The notes under the pieces were generated by a model. It did not search any database and had not been told where the DNA came from. It worked only from the letters and a program-made list of their open reading frames with translations. The translations under genes and the position numbers were made by a program. DNA of 64,000 bases from a virus. Its lineage: Duplodnaviria; Heunggongvirae; Uroviricota; Caudoviricetes. Positions within the stretch are counted from its first letter, which is position 1. Each line of letters starts with the position of its first letter. Of this stretch, positions 55,105 through 64,000 are shown piece after piece. The DNA is taken from IMG/VR virus record IMGVR_UViG_3300046522_000748. One strand, written 5' to 3'.

Positions 55105-56030
55105 TAGTCGGTCAATGCGTCGTCTTCACGGCGACTGGCAAAGTAGTTGATGAAATATTGTTTGAGACTTGGTTTTTCCATGCTCAGCGACCATTCGATA
55201 GGAGAGCCTGGAGCGATGTACAAATCTGTCCACGGATCAAAACCCAGATCGGTGATTTCGTGCATGCGCAGGAAGTAACGACGGTTTACCGCGTCACCGT
55301 GCCACAGGTGGCGAATCTGGCCTGGAACCACGCCGAGACTGCCTTGAACGAGTTCGTAGAAACGGTTGCCCCATTCTTTCAGGTGGTCGATCTGGCGCTG
55401 GTCGTGCTTGAGCGCATTCACGATACAGAAGTTGTAGTCGCCGTAGATCGCGTGGGCCATGAAATGGTCAGCGCTGCCCGAAACGGCGCACTCGTACAGG
55501 CCCACTTCATCGAAGATTTCGCGACGCATTGCCCAACCGTAACCGGTGTGGCCATGTACGTCATAACGACCGGCATTGAGTTGTTCGGGTTCGCGGTTCA
55601 TGACCGAAGCGAAGGACTCGGAAATGTCGGGGGTTTCGCCCACAACATTGCCTTTTTCCAGTCGTAGTGCGGTTTCAAAGACTTGCGCCACTTTGTGCGT
55701 ACGCAGGGTACTGACCAAATCTTTGACCCAATTCTGGTTGTCGAACAGGATGTCGCAATCCAGCCATGCCACGTACTTGCAGCTGCTTGGTAGCCAGGAC
55801 GCCGCCAGATTCAGCAGGCGCTCTTTTTGCCACAGCAGGGTATTGGAGCGCACGCGGATAACGTCGAGGGATTCCTGAAGCTCAAATGGCTCATTATCAA
55901 AAGCACATTCGACAGTGATGCACATCACACCTGCTTTGCGCATGTCGTCCATGAACAAGTCATAGTTTTGGCGTCGAGACGCCCAGCGGCATGGGTTGAA
56001 GTAGGTGGTAATGACAACGAGTTCGTTCAT
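55104..56030 (-). CDS. GT-A fold glycosyltransferase-like protein
   Basis: LVVITTYFNP, WQKERLLN, YVAWLDCDI (DxD), GSAD, IRHLWHG. Confidence 0.7.
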   Translation of the reverse strand: MNELVVITTYFNPCRWASRRQNYDLFMDDMRKAGVMCITVECAFDNEPFELQESLDVIRVRSNTLLWQKERLLNLAASWLPSSCKYVAWLDCDILFDNQNWVKDLVSTLRTHKVAQVFETALRLEKGNVVGETPDISESFASVMNREPEQLNAGRYDVHGHTGYGWAMRREIFDEVGLYECAVSGSADHFMAHAIYGDYNFCIVNALKHDQRQIDHLKEWGNRFYELVQGSLGVVPGQIRHLWHGDAVNRRYFLRMHEITDLGFDPWTDLYIAPGSPIEWSLSMEKPSLKQYFINYFASRREDDALTD

Positions 56031-56126
56031 TGAATTGACCTTGTTGGTGCAATCGGTGTGAATGACCGTAAAAACGGAGTTTCTTTGATATTACCTATTC
56101 AGGCCAACATCTCAGGTTATGGCGAT

Positions 56127-56166
56127 ATTATACATATCGACACACGCCATGTCAACCTGAATGACT
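56127..56166 (-). promoter_or_regulatory. sigma70 promoter with 1-mismatch operator TGTCA-N7-TGACT
   Basis: TTGACA-17-TATAAT. Confidence 0.8.
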
Positions 56167-56185
56167 CAGCGCTGGCTGAGCAAAA

Positions 56186-56647
56186 TCAGCAATAGCCGTC
56201 ACCCGTGTATTCCATCAGCAGGGTGTTGTCACTGAAGTCAAATCCGATGGCCCTTGCATAGGGGTTGCGAATTTCCGGCCTGCCTTGTAGGCCAGAGGCG
56301 TTCCAGGCATTGTTAAACTTCTCACCGTAGGCCTTAGCCCATCGATGCGCCATCGTCCAGTTGCAACCTGCGGATATATTATTCACACAACCGCTTTGAA
56401 CCATCAGGCAGGTGGGCTGTGAATGCTCGCCTCGTGCCTGGGCCTCATTAGTGCCGCGCAGGTGGTAGTTGTAAGCGTCCTCCAGAATTTGGCTCAACTG
56501 CTCAAATCCTGGGCGCTTGCAGGTCATTTTTACCTGATGAATATTGTAGATCGAGTCACCGATGATCCTTGCGGTAGACCCAGAGGCCAGCTCTTTCAGC
56601 GCGCCATTTTTGTGTGCTGCACGCATTTCTTCAAGGGAATAGAGCAT
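56186..56647 (-). CDS. hypothetical protein
   Basis: after promoter. Confidence 0.7.
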   Translation of the reverse strand: MLYSLEEMRAAHKNGALKELASGSTARIIGDSIYNIHQVKMTCKRPGFEQLSQILEDAYNYHLRGTNEAQARGEHSQPTCLMVQSGCVNNISAGCNWTMAHRWAKAYGEKFNNAWNASGLQGRPEIRNPYARAIGFDFSDNTLLMEYTGDGYC

Positions 56648-56674
56648 GGGATTTCTCTGTGTTAATTTCAGTCT

Positions 56675-56746
56675 ATGATACCTGATTGCTGAATTTTTGT
56701 CAATCTGTTTGACATCGATTGACGTGAGCGCAACCCTTGGTATAAT
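56675..56746. promoter_or_regulatory. divergent promoters sharing an exact operator (56698-56714)
   Basis: minus TTGACA-17-TATCAT; plus TTGACG-16-TATAAT. Confidence 0.85.
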
Positions 56747-56772
56747 TGAGTATTAATCAGGCGGGAGCCGAT

Positions 56773-57234
56773 ATGTACCTTCAACGAACGCACTCCGATT
56801 CCTATGTGGATGATGTCTCCCTTTTTATCAAATTGAGCATCAATAAAAGGGAAATGTTGCAGGCCGGTCGCCACTCAGACGAGGATGCCGATAAGGTTCG
56901 GGAACAGGCATACGCGCTGGGAGAGTCGATCAACGTCATATTTTCTGACAACATTGAAGTGATGTTTGGCAAAAACTCGGTGGACATGCCGAATTTCAGT
57001 GTGGTGGATTTTGATCGGGCCAATGAAGATGCCGACACTCAATTCTATGAATTTGTCTTCATTGTTCAAGGTTCTCATGGGCTGAATTTCACCCAAATTC
57101 GCGAAGTGCATGATTTGATCATGGCTATTGCTAAGAAGGCGACCGAAGGAACAACCAATATCGTTCACTTCAGTCAGATTAAGAGCGTTCAGCAGATCCG
57201 ATCTTCAGAAACAGAGATCTACGCGGCAAGCTGA
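56773..57234 (+). CDS. hypothetical protein
   Basis: GGGAG RBS. Confidence 0.7.
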   Translation: MYLQRTHSDSYVDDVSLFIKLSINKREMLQAGRHSDEDADKVREQAYALGESINVIFSDNIEVMFGKNSVDMPNFSVVDFDRANEDADTQFYEFVFIVQGSHGLNFTQIREVHDLIMAIAKKATEGTTNIVHFSQIKSVQQIRSSETEIYAAS

Positions 57235-57236
57235 CA

Positions 57237-57270
57237 AAAAGAAAGGCCGGTAATCACCGGCCTTTCTTTT
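57237..57270. terminator. bidirectional terminator
   Basis: AAAAGAAAGGCCGG..CCGGCCTTTCTTTT. Confidence 0.8.
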
Positions 57271-57284
57271 GTGGATGAGCCTGC

Positions 57285-57719
57285 CTATAGCGACAGTCTG
57301 TGCTTGATACCTAGCAGCTCCTCTCGAAGCCCCAGGCACCCTTCCCCACGTTCAATTTCCAGCTGGTATTCGAACCCGCGCAGTGACACCATGCAGAAGA
57401 GATACATTTCGGTCTTATCGACTGTACAGTTTTCAACTAGTTGTCGATTAGCCAAAACGTAGGCCTTATTTCGCGCTAGCGTTTTTTCACTCATGTCCCC
57501 TGAATAAAAAACAAAGACAAAGAGTGCTGTCGCGCCCAGTGCAAACCATACAAAGAACTGTTGGCCCAACAGTCCTTCCATGTACATAAATATCAGAGTT
57601 TCAACAATTAGCAAGATAGCACCACCGATAATGAGTGGCACTTTGAGTGACGGCCATCGCGGGATAGCGGGTAGCGGTGGTGGAGCAAAATTACTACTCA
57701 ACAGTGTCTCCTTAATCAA
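57285..57719 (-). CDS. two-TM protein (tandem paralog of 57716..58132)
   Basis: YVLANRQLVENC...CLGLREELLGIK. Confidence 0.7.
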   Translation of the reverse strand: MIKETLLSSNFAPPPLPAIPRWPSLKVPLIIGGAILLIVETLIFMYMEGLLGQQFFVWFALGATALFVFVFYSGDMSEKTLARNKAYVLANRQLVENCTVDKTEMYLFCMVSLRGFEYQLEIERGEGCLGLREELLGIKHRLSL

Positions 57720-58132
57720 TCATTAGCTGCGGGCGGGCTTCGTTTGATCCCTAGAAAATCTTCTCGCAAATTCAGGCATATCGGTCCGGCTGCAACTTCA
57801 ATCCACTCTCTGATATTCTTGAGTTTCACATGGCAGGTCATTCCGCCCGCGCTATCGACTCTGACTTCGCAGTCAGTGATTTGTTCGCGATTGGCGAGGG
57901 CGTACTCTTTCGCAGCGCGCTCTTTGTTGTTACTGTTTTCACCCCAGTAAAGAACCGCTGTGAACAGAATGATTGCAAGCGCAAATGTCGCAAGTCCTTC
58001 ACCATTCAGGTCAGTGAACAACCAAAAAATACCGACAATGATGCCGACAATGATTACAGCGAGCGCAAATGATTTTTTTACAACCGACAGAACGGAAGGC
58101 GTGCGGATGACTTGATTGATACTTTTCATCAT
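57716..58132 (-). CDS. two-TM protein (tandem paralog of 57285..57719)
   Basis: YALANREQITDC...CLNLREDFLGIK. Confidence 0.7.
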   Translation of the reverse strand: MMKSINQVIRTPSVLSVVKKSFALAVIIVGIIVGIFWLFTDLNGEGLATFALAIILFTAVLYWGENSNNKERAAKEYALANREQITDCEVRVDSAGGMTCHVKLKNIREWIEVAAGPICLNLREDFLGIKRSPPAAND

Positions 58133-58608
58133 GTTGATTCTCCGGTACTCAGCAGTCTGCGAAGTTCTTCCAGACGCTCTTTAGTTGAGCCTCGGTAGTC
58201 GTACTTACCGTCTTCAAATATTTTCCAGCAATGGGTTTCAACGCGCTGCCAATGTTCCTGGGTAATCTTTTTGGCAAGCGCGGTTTCCAGCAGCTTCATG
58301 CGCTGTTGGGCGTAGAGCATCTCATGGCTGTTGACCAGAAAGCCATCTTTGAAGCTTTCAAGGGCCACGGCATACGCATCCCCTTCTGGAAGCTTGCCAG
58401 CGCGCAGTAGAGTGCGCTCTTCAAACTTTGCCTTCAGGGCTGCGTCGTTGTAATCAAAGACATCGCCTAGTGTCGTGTTAAGCAGGCTGATCAGGTCGTC
58501 GAGGCTCCAGCTGGAAAACATGAATCCTCCAGTCTCGGCAGGTTGTGTGCTGGTGAATTCGACCACGTTGGACGATGCAATCGACCATGCTACCGGGATA
58601 TTACTCAT
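58129..58608 (-). CDS. hypothetical protein
   Basis: ATGA overlap. Confidence 0.65.
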   Translation of the reverse strand: MSNIPVAWSIASSNVVEFTSTQPAETGGFMFSSWSLDDLISLLNTTLGDVFDYNDAALKAKFEERTLLRAGKLPEGDAYAVALESFKDGFLVNSHEMLYAQQRMKLLETALAKKITQEHWQRVETHCWKIFEDGKYDYRGSTKERLEELRRLLSTGEST

Positions 58609-58780
58609 TGGAATTGTCCTTTTCGATTAGATACTTCTGGCAGCGCTTGCACGACACATGGCGTGCATTCTTGGTGCCGATCCATTTGGTAGGCGAATCG
58701 CGATCCAGGCCGCACGCAGAGGCTGCATAGTACACGCCATTGGTTTTACCTGCGGAGACAAGAAGGTGCATTTTGGACAT
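58601..58780 (-). CDS. 59-aa zinc-finger-like protein
   Basis: AAGGAG RBS; MH...SACG...VSCKRC; below ORF-track cutoff. Confidence 0.6.
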   Translation of the reverse strand: MSKMHLLVSAGKTNGVYYAASACGLDRDSPTKWIGTKNARHVSCKRCQKYLIEKDNSNE

Positions 58781-58812
58781 GCGGATTTACTCCTTGCCAT
58801 GATCGCGACAGG

Positions 58813-59157
58813 TCATGCCGCAAGCTCAGATGCAGTGCATTCGTAGTTGAATAGCTCATGATGGGCTTTCCAGAAACCGTCGCTTTCGCGGATCAGGCTC
58901 CAGATTTCACTATCAACGCCGGGGGTCGAGTCAACGACACCAATGGCGCGGAAGCCTTTATGGAAGTTGTAACCATGCCATTCACTGGCATTGACTGGGA
59001 ATTTCGTGCAGATGCTGGACTTTTCAGGGGTGCTGCATTCGAACCACTCAACGATTTCGTCTGCATACTTGTCCAGCAGCGCCAGGAGCTGTTTGTCTTC
59101 AGTGCTGGAGGCTCTTTCTCGGAAAGTGCTCATAAACTGTTCGAGTGTCACGCTCAT
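58813..59157 (-). CDS. hypothetical protein
   Basis: after promoter. Confidence 0.65.
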   Translation of the reverse strand: MSVTLEQFMSTFRERASSTEDKQLLALLDKYADEIVEWFECSTPEKSSICTKFPVNASEWHGYNFHKGFRAIGVVDSTPGVDSEIWSLIRESDGFWKAHHELFNYECTASELAA

Positions 59158-59194
59158 CTCTGGCCACCTAGAAACTTCAATTAATCACCCACCC

Positions 59195-59234
59195 ATAATA
59201 AGCTGTTTATGTGATTTTGTCAATGAAAATGACA
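59195..59234 (-). promoter_or_regulatory. sigma70 promoter with exact operator (59218-59234)
   Basis: TTGACA-17-TATTAT; TGTCA-ATGAAAA-TGACA. Confidence 0.85.
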
Positions 59235-59249
59235 GTTTGACAGCCTGTT

Positions 59250-59663
59250 TCAAGGTAGCCAGCAATGCGCGAAGTTCCTCTCACTCGCCCAGCCTGCATG
59301 ATGCCGGTTAAGATACTCGGTAATGCAGTCGCGACTGTCCTGATCCAGCTCCGATGTTCTTAGGTTGGCAATGATGACCTCCTTTGGTACGGTCTGGAGA
59401 TAATCACCATAGCCCTTTCTGGCCCGGCTCAAGAAAGCTCGATGACTGATGATAAATATCAGCAGCGGGATTATCGATGCGAATGTCAGCAACTGCATGA
59501 TTTGAGGGAAAGTGCTTTCATTGTTAATTATTCCAGCAACTACCAGCAAGGCAGTAAAGGGCATCGGTGCTGCCATCATCAATGCGATAAAGAAAAGGCT
59601 TTTTATCGGCACTTCGGTATGCCCAAAATCGGAAACGAGCTTCATCTGAGTTATCCAGTGCAA
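59250..59663 (-). CDS. two-TM membrane protein
   Basis: two hydrophobic helices. Confidence 0.6.
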   Translation of the reverse strand: MHWITQMKLVSDFGHTEVPIKSLFFIALMMAAPMPFTALLVVAGIINNESTFPQIMQLLTFASIIPLLIFIISHRAFLSRARKGYGDYLQTVPKEVIIANLRTSELDQDSRDCITEYLNRHHAGWASERNFAHCWLP

Positions 59664-59669
59664 AGTTTT

Positions 59670-60275
59670 TTAATGAACAGAAGTCTGCGAGTTAGCGGAT
59701 CTTTCAATGCCGTCATTCATTGCGCCGAAGAACGATTCTCGCGCCATCTTAAAGGTCACATGCATCGGTGGGACAGCCGCTGCGACAAACGAAAACACCA
59801 GTTCTTCACCCAAATAGGCATTAAGGCAATCTTCGTTCATGTCGATCTTGAAGGCGTCTTTATCATAGCCACGGAGCTTGGCAATATGATGAGCATGGCG
59901 CGTCATGGTGATGGAGGGATCTTCATGCGCGAACAAAAAACCTGATTGATGATTGAGTCCATCCGCATTCATGATCAGGCCTGTAATCACATATGCTTCC
60001 GTTTCATTGAATATTTCATGCGCCGCCTTAATTGCCTCCAAAGTGGAATCGAGGTCTGTCTTGATGTGATCGGCGTAAATCTTGAGATCTTTCTTGGTTG
60101 CCGGTTTAATTGTTCGGATGGCGTGATGAACTGGTCTCAGCATTTCATTCAGCTCCTCCTTCAAATCAATCAGTTCTGCTGGTGGAAATTGCACCAATAC
60201 CTTCTGCCCCGAGGCATTTTGTCCGATCTTCTTGAGTTCATCATGACCAACGAGTGTAACGAGAAAAGATTGCAT
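59670..60275 (-). CDS. hypothetical protein
   Basis: GGAG RBS; TTGCCA-16-CATAAT promoter upstream. Confidence 0.7.
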   Translation of the reverse strand: MQSFLVTLVGHDELKKIGQNASGQKVLVQFPPAELIDLKEELNEMLRPVHHAIRTIKPATKKDLKIYADHIKTDLDSTLEAIKAAHEIFNETEAYVITGLIMNADGLNHQSGFLFAHEDPSITMTRHAHHIAKLRGYDKDAFKIDMNEDCLNAYLGEELVFSFVAAAVPPMHVTFKMARESFFGAMNDGIERSANSQTSVH

Positions 60276-60385
60276 AGTTAGCTCCGCCTATAATTATTTG
60301 AATATTATGCCTTGTTTTTTAACAATGGCAAATAAAAAGGGGTGACACCTAAGTGCCACCCCTCCGTTGGGCATGAGCCTGTTAA

Positions 60386-60796
60386 TCAGTGGCTCTTCAG
60401 CATCCAGCTAATGTCGTTTTCATTTTCACGAACAATCTGATTAGGTGCAGCTTGAGCCGCTGCATTGAGCTGATTGGCTCGTTCGGCAACCACCGCAGCT
60501 CTGGCTCGGAAAGCATCCACCACCAGCTTGCAGCCCTCCTCCATGTCTTCTTCGGTACATTGAAGCATGTACTCTGGCAGCAGGTCATTGCCGCTCAGCA
60601 CCGGCTTTAGCAGCGTATCGAATTTCACCCGGCGCCCACTCGGTTTTTCGTAGTAGCTGGAGGCCTTTTTCACCTTCAGGGGCGTGACCATGACTTGCAG
60701 GCAGGCGGTATTGCTCTCGCGATCCGTCTCCAGGCCAGCGCGAATGTGCAAGAGTGTGTGGCTGTAGTCTTCGGGCTTTTTGCTGTGCGAAGCCAT
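60386..60796 (-). CDS. hypothetical protein
   Basis: 136 aa ORF. Confidence 0.65.
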   Translation of the reverse strand: MASHSKKPEDYSHTLLHIRAGLETDRESNTACLQVMVTPLKVKKASSYYEKPSGRRVKFDTLLKPVLSGNDLLPEYMLQCTEEDMEEGCKLVVDAFRARAAVVAERANQLNAAAQAAPNQIVRENENDISWMLKSH

Positions 60797-60869
60797 TATC
60801 GTGATATCCAGAAAAAATCAGTGGCTGGAGCCTCAATAGAGGCTCCGCTTGCGAGTGTTCGTTCGATTG

Positions 60870-61370
60870 TCAGATCATTGTGACGCGAATGAGACTGTCG
60901 TAGGGATTTTTTGGGATCACGTTTTCGAACTCGACGATCAGATTTCCTTTGCGAGCCGCGTTGGACCAATGGTACAGCACTTCCGGCAGGATCAAATCCC
61001 TGTACTTGCCTGTGCTGATTTCCCGCTCTGCGGCTACGCCCCAATGCCGGTGGGTCATGTCGTCATGCGGGAATTTTTCCTTGAGGATATCCACACTCGT
61101 GTTGCCTACAAATTCGTCTTGGGTGTCGTATACCCAGGGCATGTCGAATGCCTTGAATTCACCGGTTTTCGGATCTTCGCTCCCGAAACAGAAAACGGCC
61201 AATCGGCCTTTTCTTGCCAGTTCCAACCAATGAGCAGCAACATCTTCACTGCTTGTGTGGCTGAAGAGCGGCTGATCACGGGCTTTTTCACAGAATTGTT
61301 CGGCGGTGTAGCCTTTCGGGTCAATCAAAGGCATCAATTGTGCAATGGATTCGCTTACTGGGGTTTTCAT
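60870..61370 (-). CDS. hypothetical protein
   Basis: start adjusted to MKTPVS. Confidence 0.65.
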   Translation of the reverse strand: MKTPVSESIAQLMPLIDPKGYTAEQFCEKARDQPLFSHTSSEDVAAHWLELARKGRLAVFCFGSEDPKTGEFKAFDMPWVYDTQDEFVGNTSVDILKEKFPHDDMTHRHWGVAAEREISTGKYRDLILPEVLYHWSNAARKGNLIVEFENVIPKNPYDSLIRVTMI

Positions 61371-61395
61371 TGGCTGAAGGTCTCGAATTGAAGGC

Positions 61396-61791
61396 TCAGT
61401 GTACGTGAGCGAAATCAGGTTGGTAGTGTGGCAGTTGACGCAGCAACAGGTGATCCAGCAGGCGACTGAAGGCCATAAGAGCGCCCAGCAGCGGCAGGAT
61501 ATCAATCATTCGGCCCAAAGCGTTTCCGTTGGGGTTGGCGATGATGAGCGAGATTGTCAGCAGAGCCAGAGGCAAGAAGAGCAGGGCCGCACCCACAGCC
61601 CACCATGCGCTCAGATCGTTGCCCAGTTCGCGGCGCTGATGAGCACGAAAGACCAGCCAGCCCGTGCCGATACACGCCATCCAGGCGAACGTATAGGTGC
61701 CATTCTCGGTTGAGACTTCAAAGAATGCGCACAGCAGGGCGAAAGTCAGCCATGCTGCGAGGTGAATCAAAACTGTCGATGAGGTTTTCAT
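61396..61791 (-). CDS. four-TM membrane protein
   Basis: hydrophobic; after promoter 61820-61858 (variant operator TGTCA-N7-AAACA). Confidence 0.7.
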   Translation of the reverse strand: MKTSSTVLIHLAAWLTFALLCAFFEVSTENGTYTFAWMACIGTGWLVFRAHQRRELGNDLSAWWAVGAALLFLPLALLTISLIIANPNGNALGRMIDILPLLGALMAFSRLLDHLLLRQLPHYQPDFAHVH

Positions 61792-61895
61792 GATTGAATT
61801 CCGATTTATCTGTACCGCAATTATAAGCCCTATTGCAAAATTGTCAATACAAAAAACAAAACCAGCCGAAGCTGGTTGTTGTGGCCGGAATTTGC

Positions 61896-62513
61896 TTACA
61901 AATTGAGTGGCGAATTCATGCCCGATTGCATCGAAGTTTTCTGCACCATGCGATTCATGTCATCGTGTGATAATGAGGTGCCGGTGGCCTGACCAAACTC
62001 TTTGGCCATGACTTGAACCATCGGATTTGAGCTGATGTTCAGAGCGCGCAGCGTTTCTCCAGCCATCACATCGTCCATGCTGTTGGAGGTAATGTTCAGA
62101 TCACTCAGAATCCTGGCAGTACCGATGTCGTTCGAGGTGATGTTCAGCTCTCTGAGGATGTCGCCAGAAGAGAGTGCAGGACTGGCCATTGATTGCAGTC
62201 CAGGAAGGTCAAAAGCATCTTTTTGCGGTTCGTCGGCCTTCTTCCAGAAGCTCAACAGTCCGCCTTTTTTGTTCTCCCGTTCAGGAGACACGACATCAAG
62301 AACCTTGGTCAGAATGGCTGAAAGCGTCCACTTGCTGGCGGTATCGTTTTCCGGTTTTGACGCGTTGTTTCCAAACACAGAACTCAGCATTCTGGCCACG
62401 GTGCCCGTGACACCCTGCATGGAATCCAACTGCTGACCATGGTTACCCATGAAACCGACCACCTTGTCCGAGTTTGCCTGGAGTCTCTCGGTGTAGCCTG
62501 GATTGGTTGACAT
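61896..62513 (-). CDS. low-complexity protein with triple LxxLNI(T/S)SN repeat
   Basis: GGGAG RBS; ILRELNITSN / ILSDLNITSN / TLRALNISSN. Confidence 0.65.
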   Translation of the reverse strand: MSTNPGYTERLQANSDKVVGFMGNHGQQLDSMQGVTGTVARMLSSVFGNNASKPENDTASKWTLSAILTKVLDVVSPERENKKGGLLSFWKKADEPQKDAFDLPGLQSMASPALSSGDILRELNITSNDIGTARILSDLNITSNSMDDVMAGETLRALNISSNPMVQVMAKEFGQATGTSLSHDDMNRMVQKTSMQSGMNSPLNL

Positions 62514-62515
62514 TG

Positions 62516-62755
62516 TTATTCTCCCTTTTTCTTATTAATATATTCTACCACAATTTGGTGGAATTCGATGTAATTGCTGAATGCCTCAGTTTTTACAGCG
62601 GGAGAAACGGGATGTGTTGAATTAACAATGCCTGAAAGAATGGCGCGATGGGTGGCTGCCAGTGAGCTGATATGCGCAGCTGTCACGTCATCGCGATATT
62701 GAGTGACTTGTGGAAGAAAGTCTTCGATCTCTTTGATGAGTGCGGCAAATTCCAT
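62516..62755 (-). CDS. hypothetical protein
   Basis: AAGGA RBS. Confidence 0.65.
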   Translation of the reverse strand: MEFAALIKEIEDFLPQVTQYRDDVTAAHISSLAATHRAILSGIVNSTHPVSPAVKTEAFSNYIEFHQIVVEYINKKKGE

Positions 62756-62840
62756 GATAGTGAGTCCTTTTAGATAATATTCGCAGATAATATCACTAAA
62801 TTATCTTTAGGAAAATGCCGGACGATCATTGGTCGCCTGA

Positions 62841-63092
62841 CTACTCCGTTTCTGTAGTTTTGGCCTGCCGGATGATTTCCGCGACCAGCTCAACCAGCTC
62901 AGAGCGCGTGTCCTGCTCTACCATGTCCAATTCATGGCTAATGCCGCCACGATCACTCAGGTCGGCGAAAATGCCACGAGCTGCGGTGTAAGCCCAGTCT
63001 GGCGAAGTCGCGGGGCCTTCTTCATCATAAGGGTAAACCTTGCCCATGTTGATGGCGTTCAGGGCTAATTGTGCCAGTTCTTCATTGTCCAT
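62841..63092 (-). CDS. hypothetical phage-type protein
   Basis: DWAYTAARGIFADLSDRGGI. Confidence 0.7.
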   Translation of the reverse strand: MDNEELAQLALNAINMGKVYPYDEEGPATSPDWAYTAARGIFADLSDRGGISHELDMVEQDTRSELVELVAEIIRQAKTTETE

Positions 63093-63154
63093 GCGTGTTG
63101 TTCCTGAAATGAAAACACCCAAGCAAAGCCTGGGTGCGGTTTGTTTCAGCGATA

Positions 63155-63586
63155 TTAATCCTTTACTTGTTCGATGTCGAACACAACGTGTACCCGTTCA
63201 TCCCAGATTTCGGCGAACGCATCGTTGAGCTTTGCTCGAAACGCTTCCAGGGCAGGTTTACGCTCTGCGGGCGTCAGGTGTTCGAGATCAAGGATGTAAT
63301 CGCCTGTAGCCTTGATGGTGACTCCCTCCCCGCCGATGCCGACACTTGCATCACCTTTGGTGTACACGAGGGCGGACTTGATCTTCAGGACTGGTGCCTC
63401 AATCCGGCGCCCAAAACGGTTAAAGGTCACACCCGGCTCACGATCAAAATCATGGGACTCTTCTGCCCTGCAACGCAGGCAGGTGGCATTGTAATCACCA
63501 TTGGGTGAGTCATCCATGGCGGTCAACTCAGTGTGGCAACCGATGCAGTCACCGCGAGGTTTTTCTTCTGAATCATCTCGGCTCAT
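63155..63586 (-). CDS. hypothetical protein with N-terminal Cys4 motif
   Basis: CIGC...CLRC; GDASVGIGG. Confidence 0.65.
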   Translation of the reverse strand: MSRDDSEEKPRGDCIGCHTELTAMDDSPNGDYNATCLRCRAEESHDFDREPGVTFNRFGRRIEAPVLKIKSALVYTKGDASVGIGGEGVTIKATGDYILDLEHLTPAERKPALEAFRAKLNDAFAEIWDERVHVVFDIEQVKD

Positions 63587-63649
63587 GTCACGACCCTTTT
63601 GCCATGGTGGATTTGCCTTGAAGGCGCGGATTTGAAGGATGGACGATGA

Positions 63650-64000
63650 TCAGCTGACGCTGGCGCTGGCGCTGGCGCTGAATGCTTCACGCTGCTTGGC
63701 AATCTTTGCCAGCATTTCTGGGCAAACAAGGCGCCATACCGGGGCGACCACGTGCCCAGTTGGAAATTCTTTGTCGGTGACTTCAAAGGCCCCAGTAGAC
63801 AGCGCGCCATCCAGAAACTCTTTAGGCATGTTCCAGGAGGCGACACAGAATTCGTCATCCAAGATATCAACTTGGAGATTGCTGCTCAGGGTGGCGTAAG
63901 GTTCGCCTTGATCGGTCGTGATCTGGATCGCAATGCATCCGTTGGTATAAATCAGGGCTAGGAACACCAGTTTCTCGCCGTCATATTTGAAGCCTGACAT
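63650..64000 (-). CDS. DUF4313-like protein (may extend beyond the window)
   Basis: YTNGCIAIQI..GEPYATLSSNL...TGHVVAPVWRL. Confidence 0.6.
   Translation of the reverse strand: MSGFKYDGEKLVFLALIYTNGCIAIQITTDQGEPYATLSSNLQVDILDDEFCVASWNMPKEFLDGALSTGAFEVTDKEFPTGHVVAPVWRLVCPEMLAKIAKQREAFSASASASVS

Noticed and set aside
1364-61858. CRISPR array or integron attC cassette array as explanation for the repeated intergenic motif
   Set aside because: Spacing is irregular and gene-sized, only 10 bp are conserved, the motif always coincides with -35, and there are no GTTRRRY/RYYYAAC ends, cas genes or intI.
1-64000. Definite assignment as prophage or as plasmid
   Set aside because: No structural, terminase, integrase, rep, par or tra genes in the window; replicon type cannot be fixed from this sequence.

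Overview
Gene-dense region of about 110 mostly short, mostly minus-strand hypothetical ORFs. I see no rRNA, complete tRNA, CRISPR array, transposase, integrase, replication, conjugation or virion genes. The style (small orphan genes, phage-type families, a MazEF/PemIK module, near-consensus sigma70 promoters every 1-3 kb) fits the accessory or establishment region of a large gammaproteobacterial, possibly Pseudomonas-type, megaplasmid or jumbo phage; that assignment is inference. Recognisable products: two HAD_SAK_2-type RNA-repair phosphatases (one degenerate), an RNA-ligase-like protein, a stripped-down NACHT NTPase, a GIY-YIG nuclease, DUF4419, GIN/DUF2807, DUF3828, a glycosyltransferase-like protein, an XRE HTH protein, MazE/MazF and two secreted Trp/Cys-repeat proteins. 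The strongest unexplained structure is non-coding. A 17-bp palindrome TGTCA-N7-TGACA is built into the -35 box of many promoters (13 exact copies counted by eye plus about 13 variants), which implies one large regulon. Other highlights: an initiator-tRNA anticodon-stem-loop mimic abutting the RBS of the RNA ligase gene, a two-minigene transcription unit, a leader-peptide hairpin attenuator, a structured ~125-nt leader RNA, and many locally expanded paralog families. All coordinates and counts were derived by hand.
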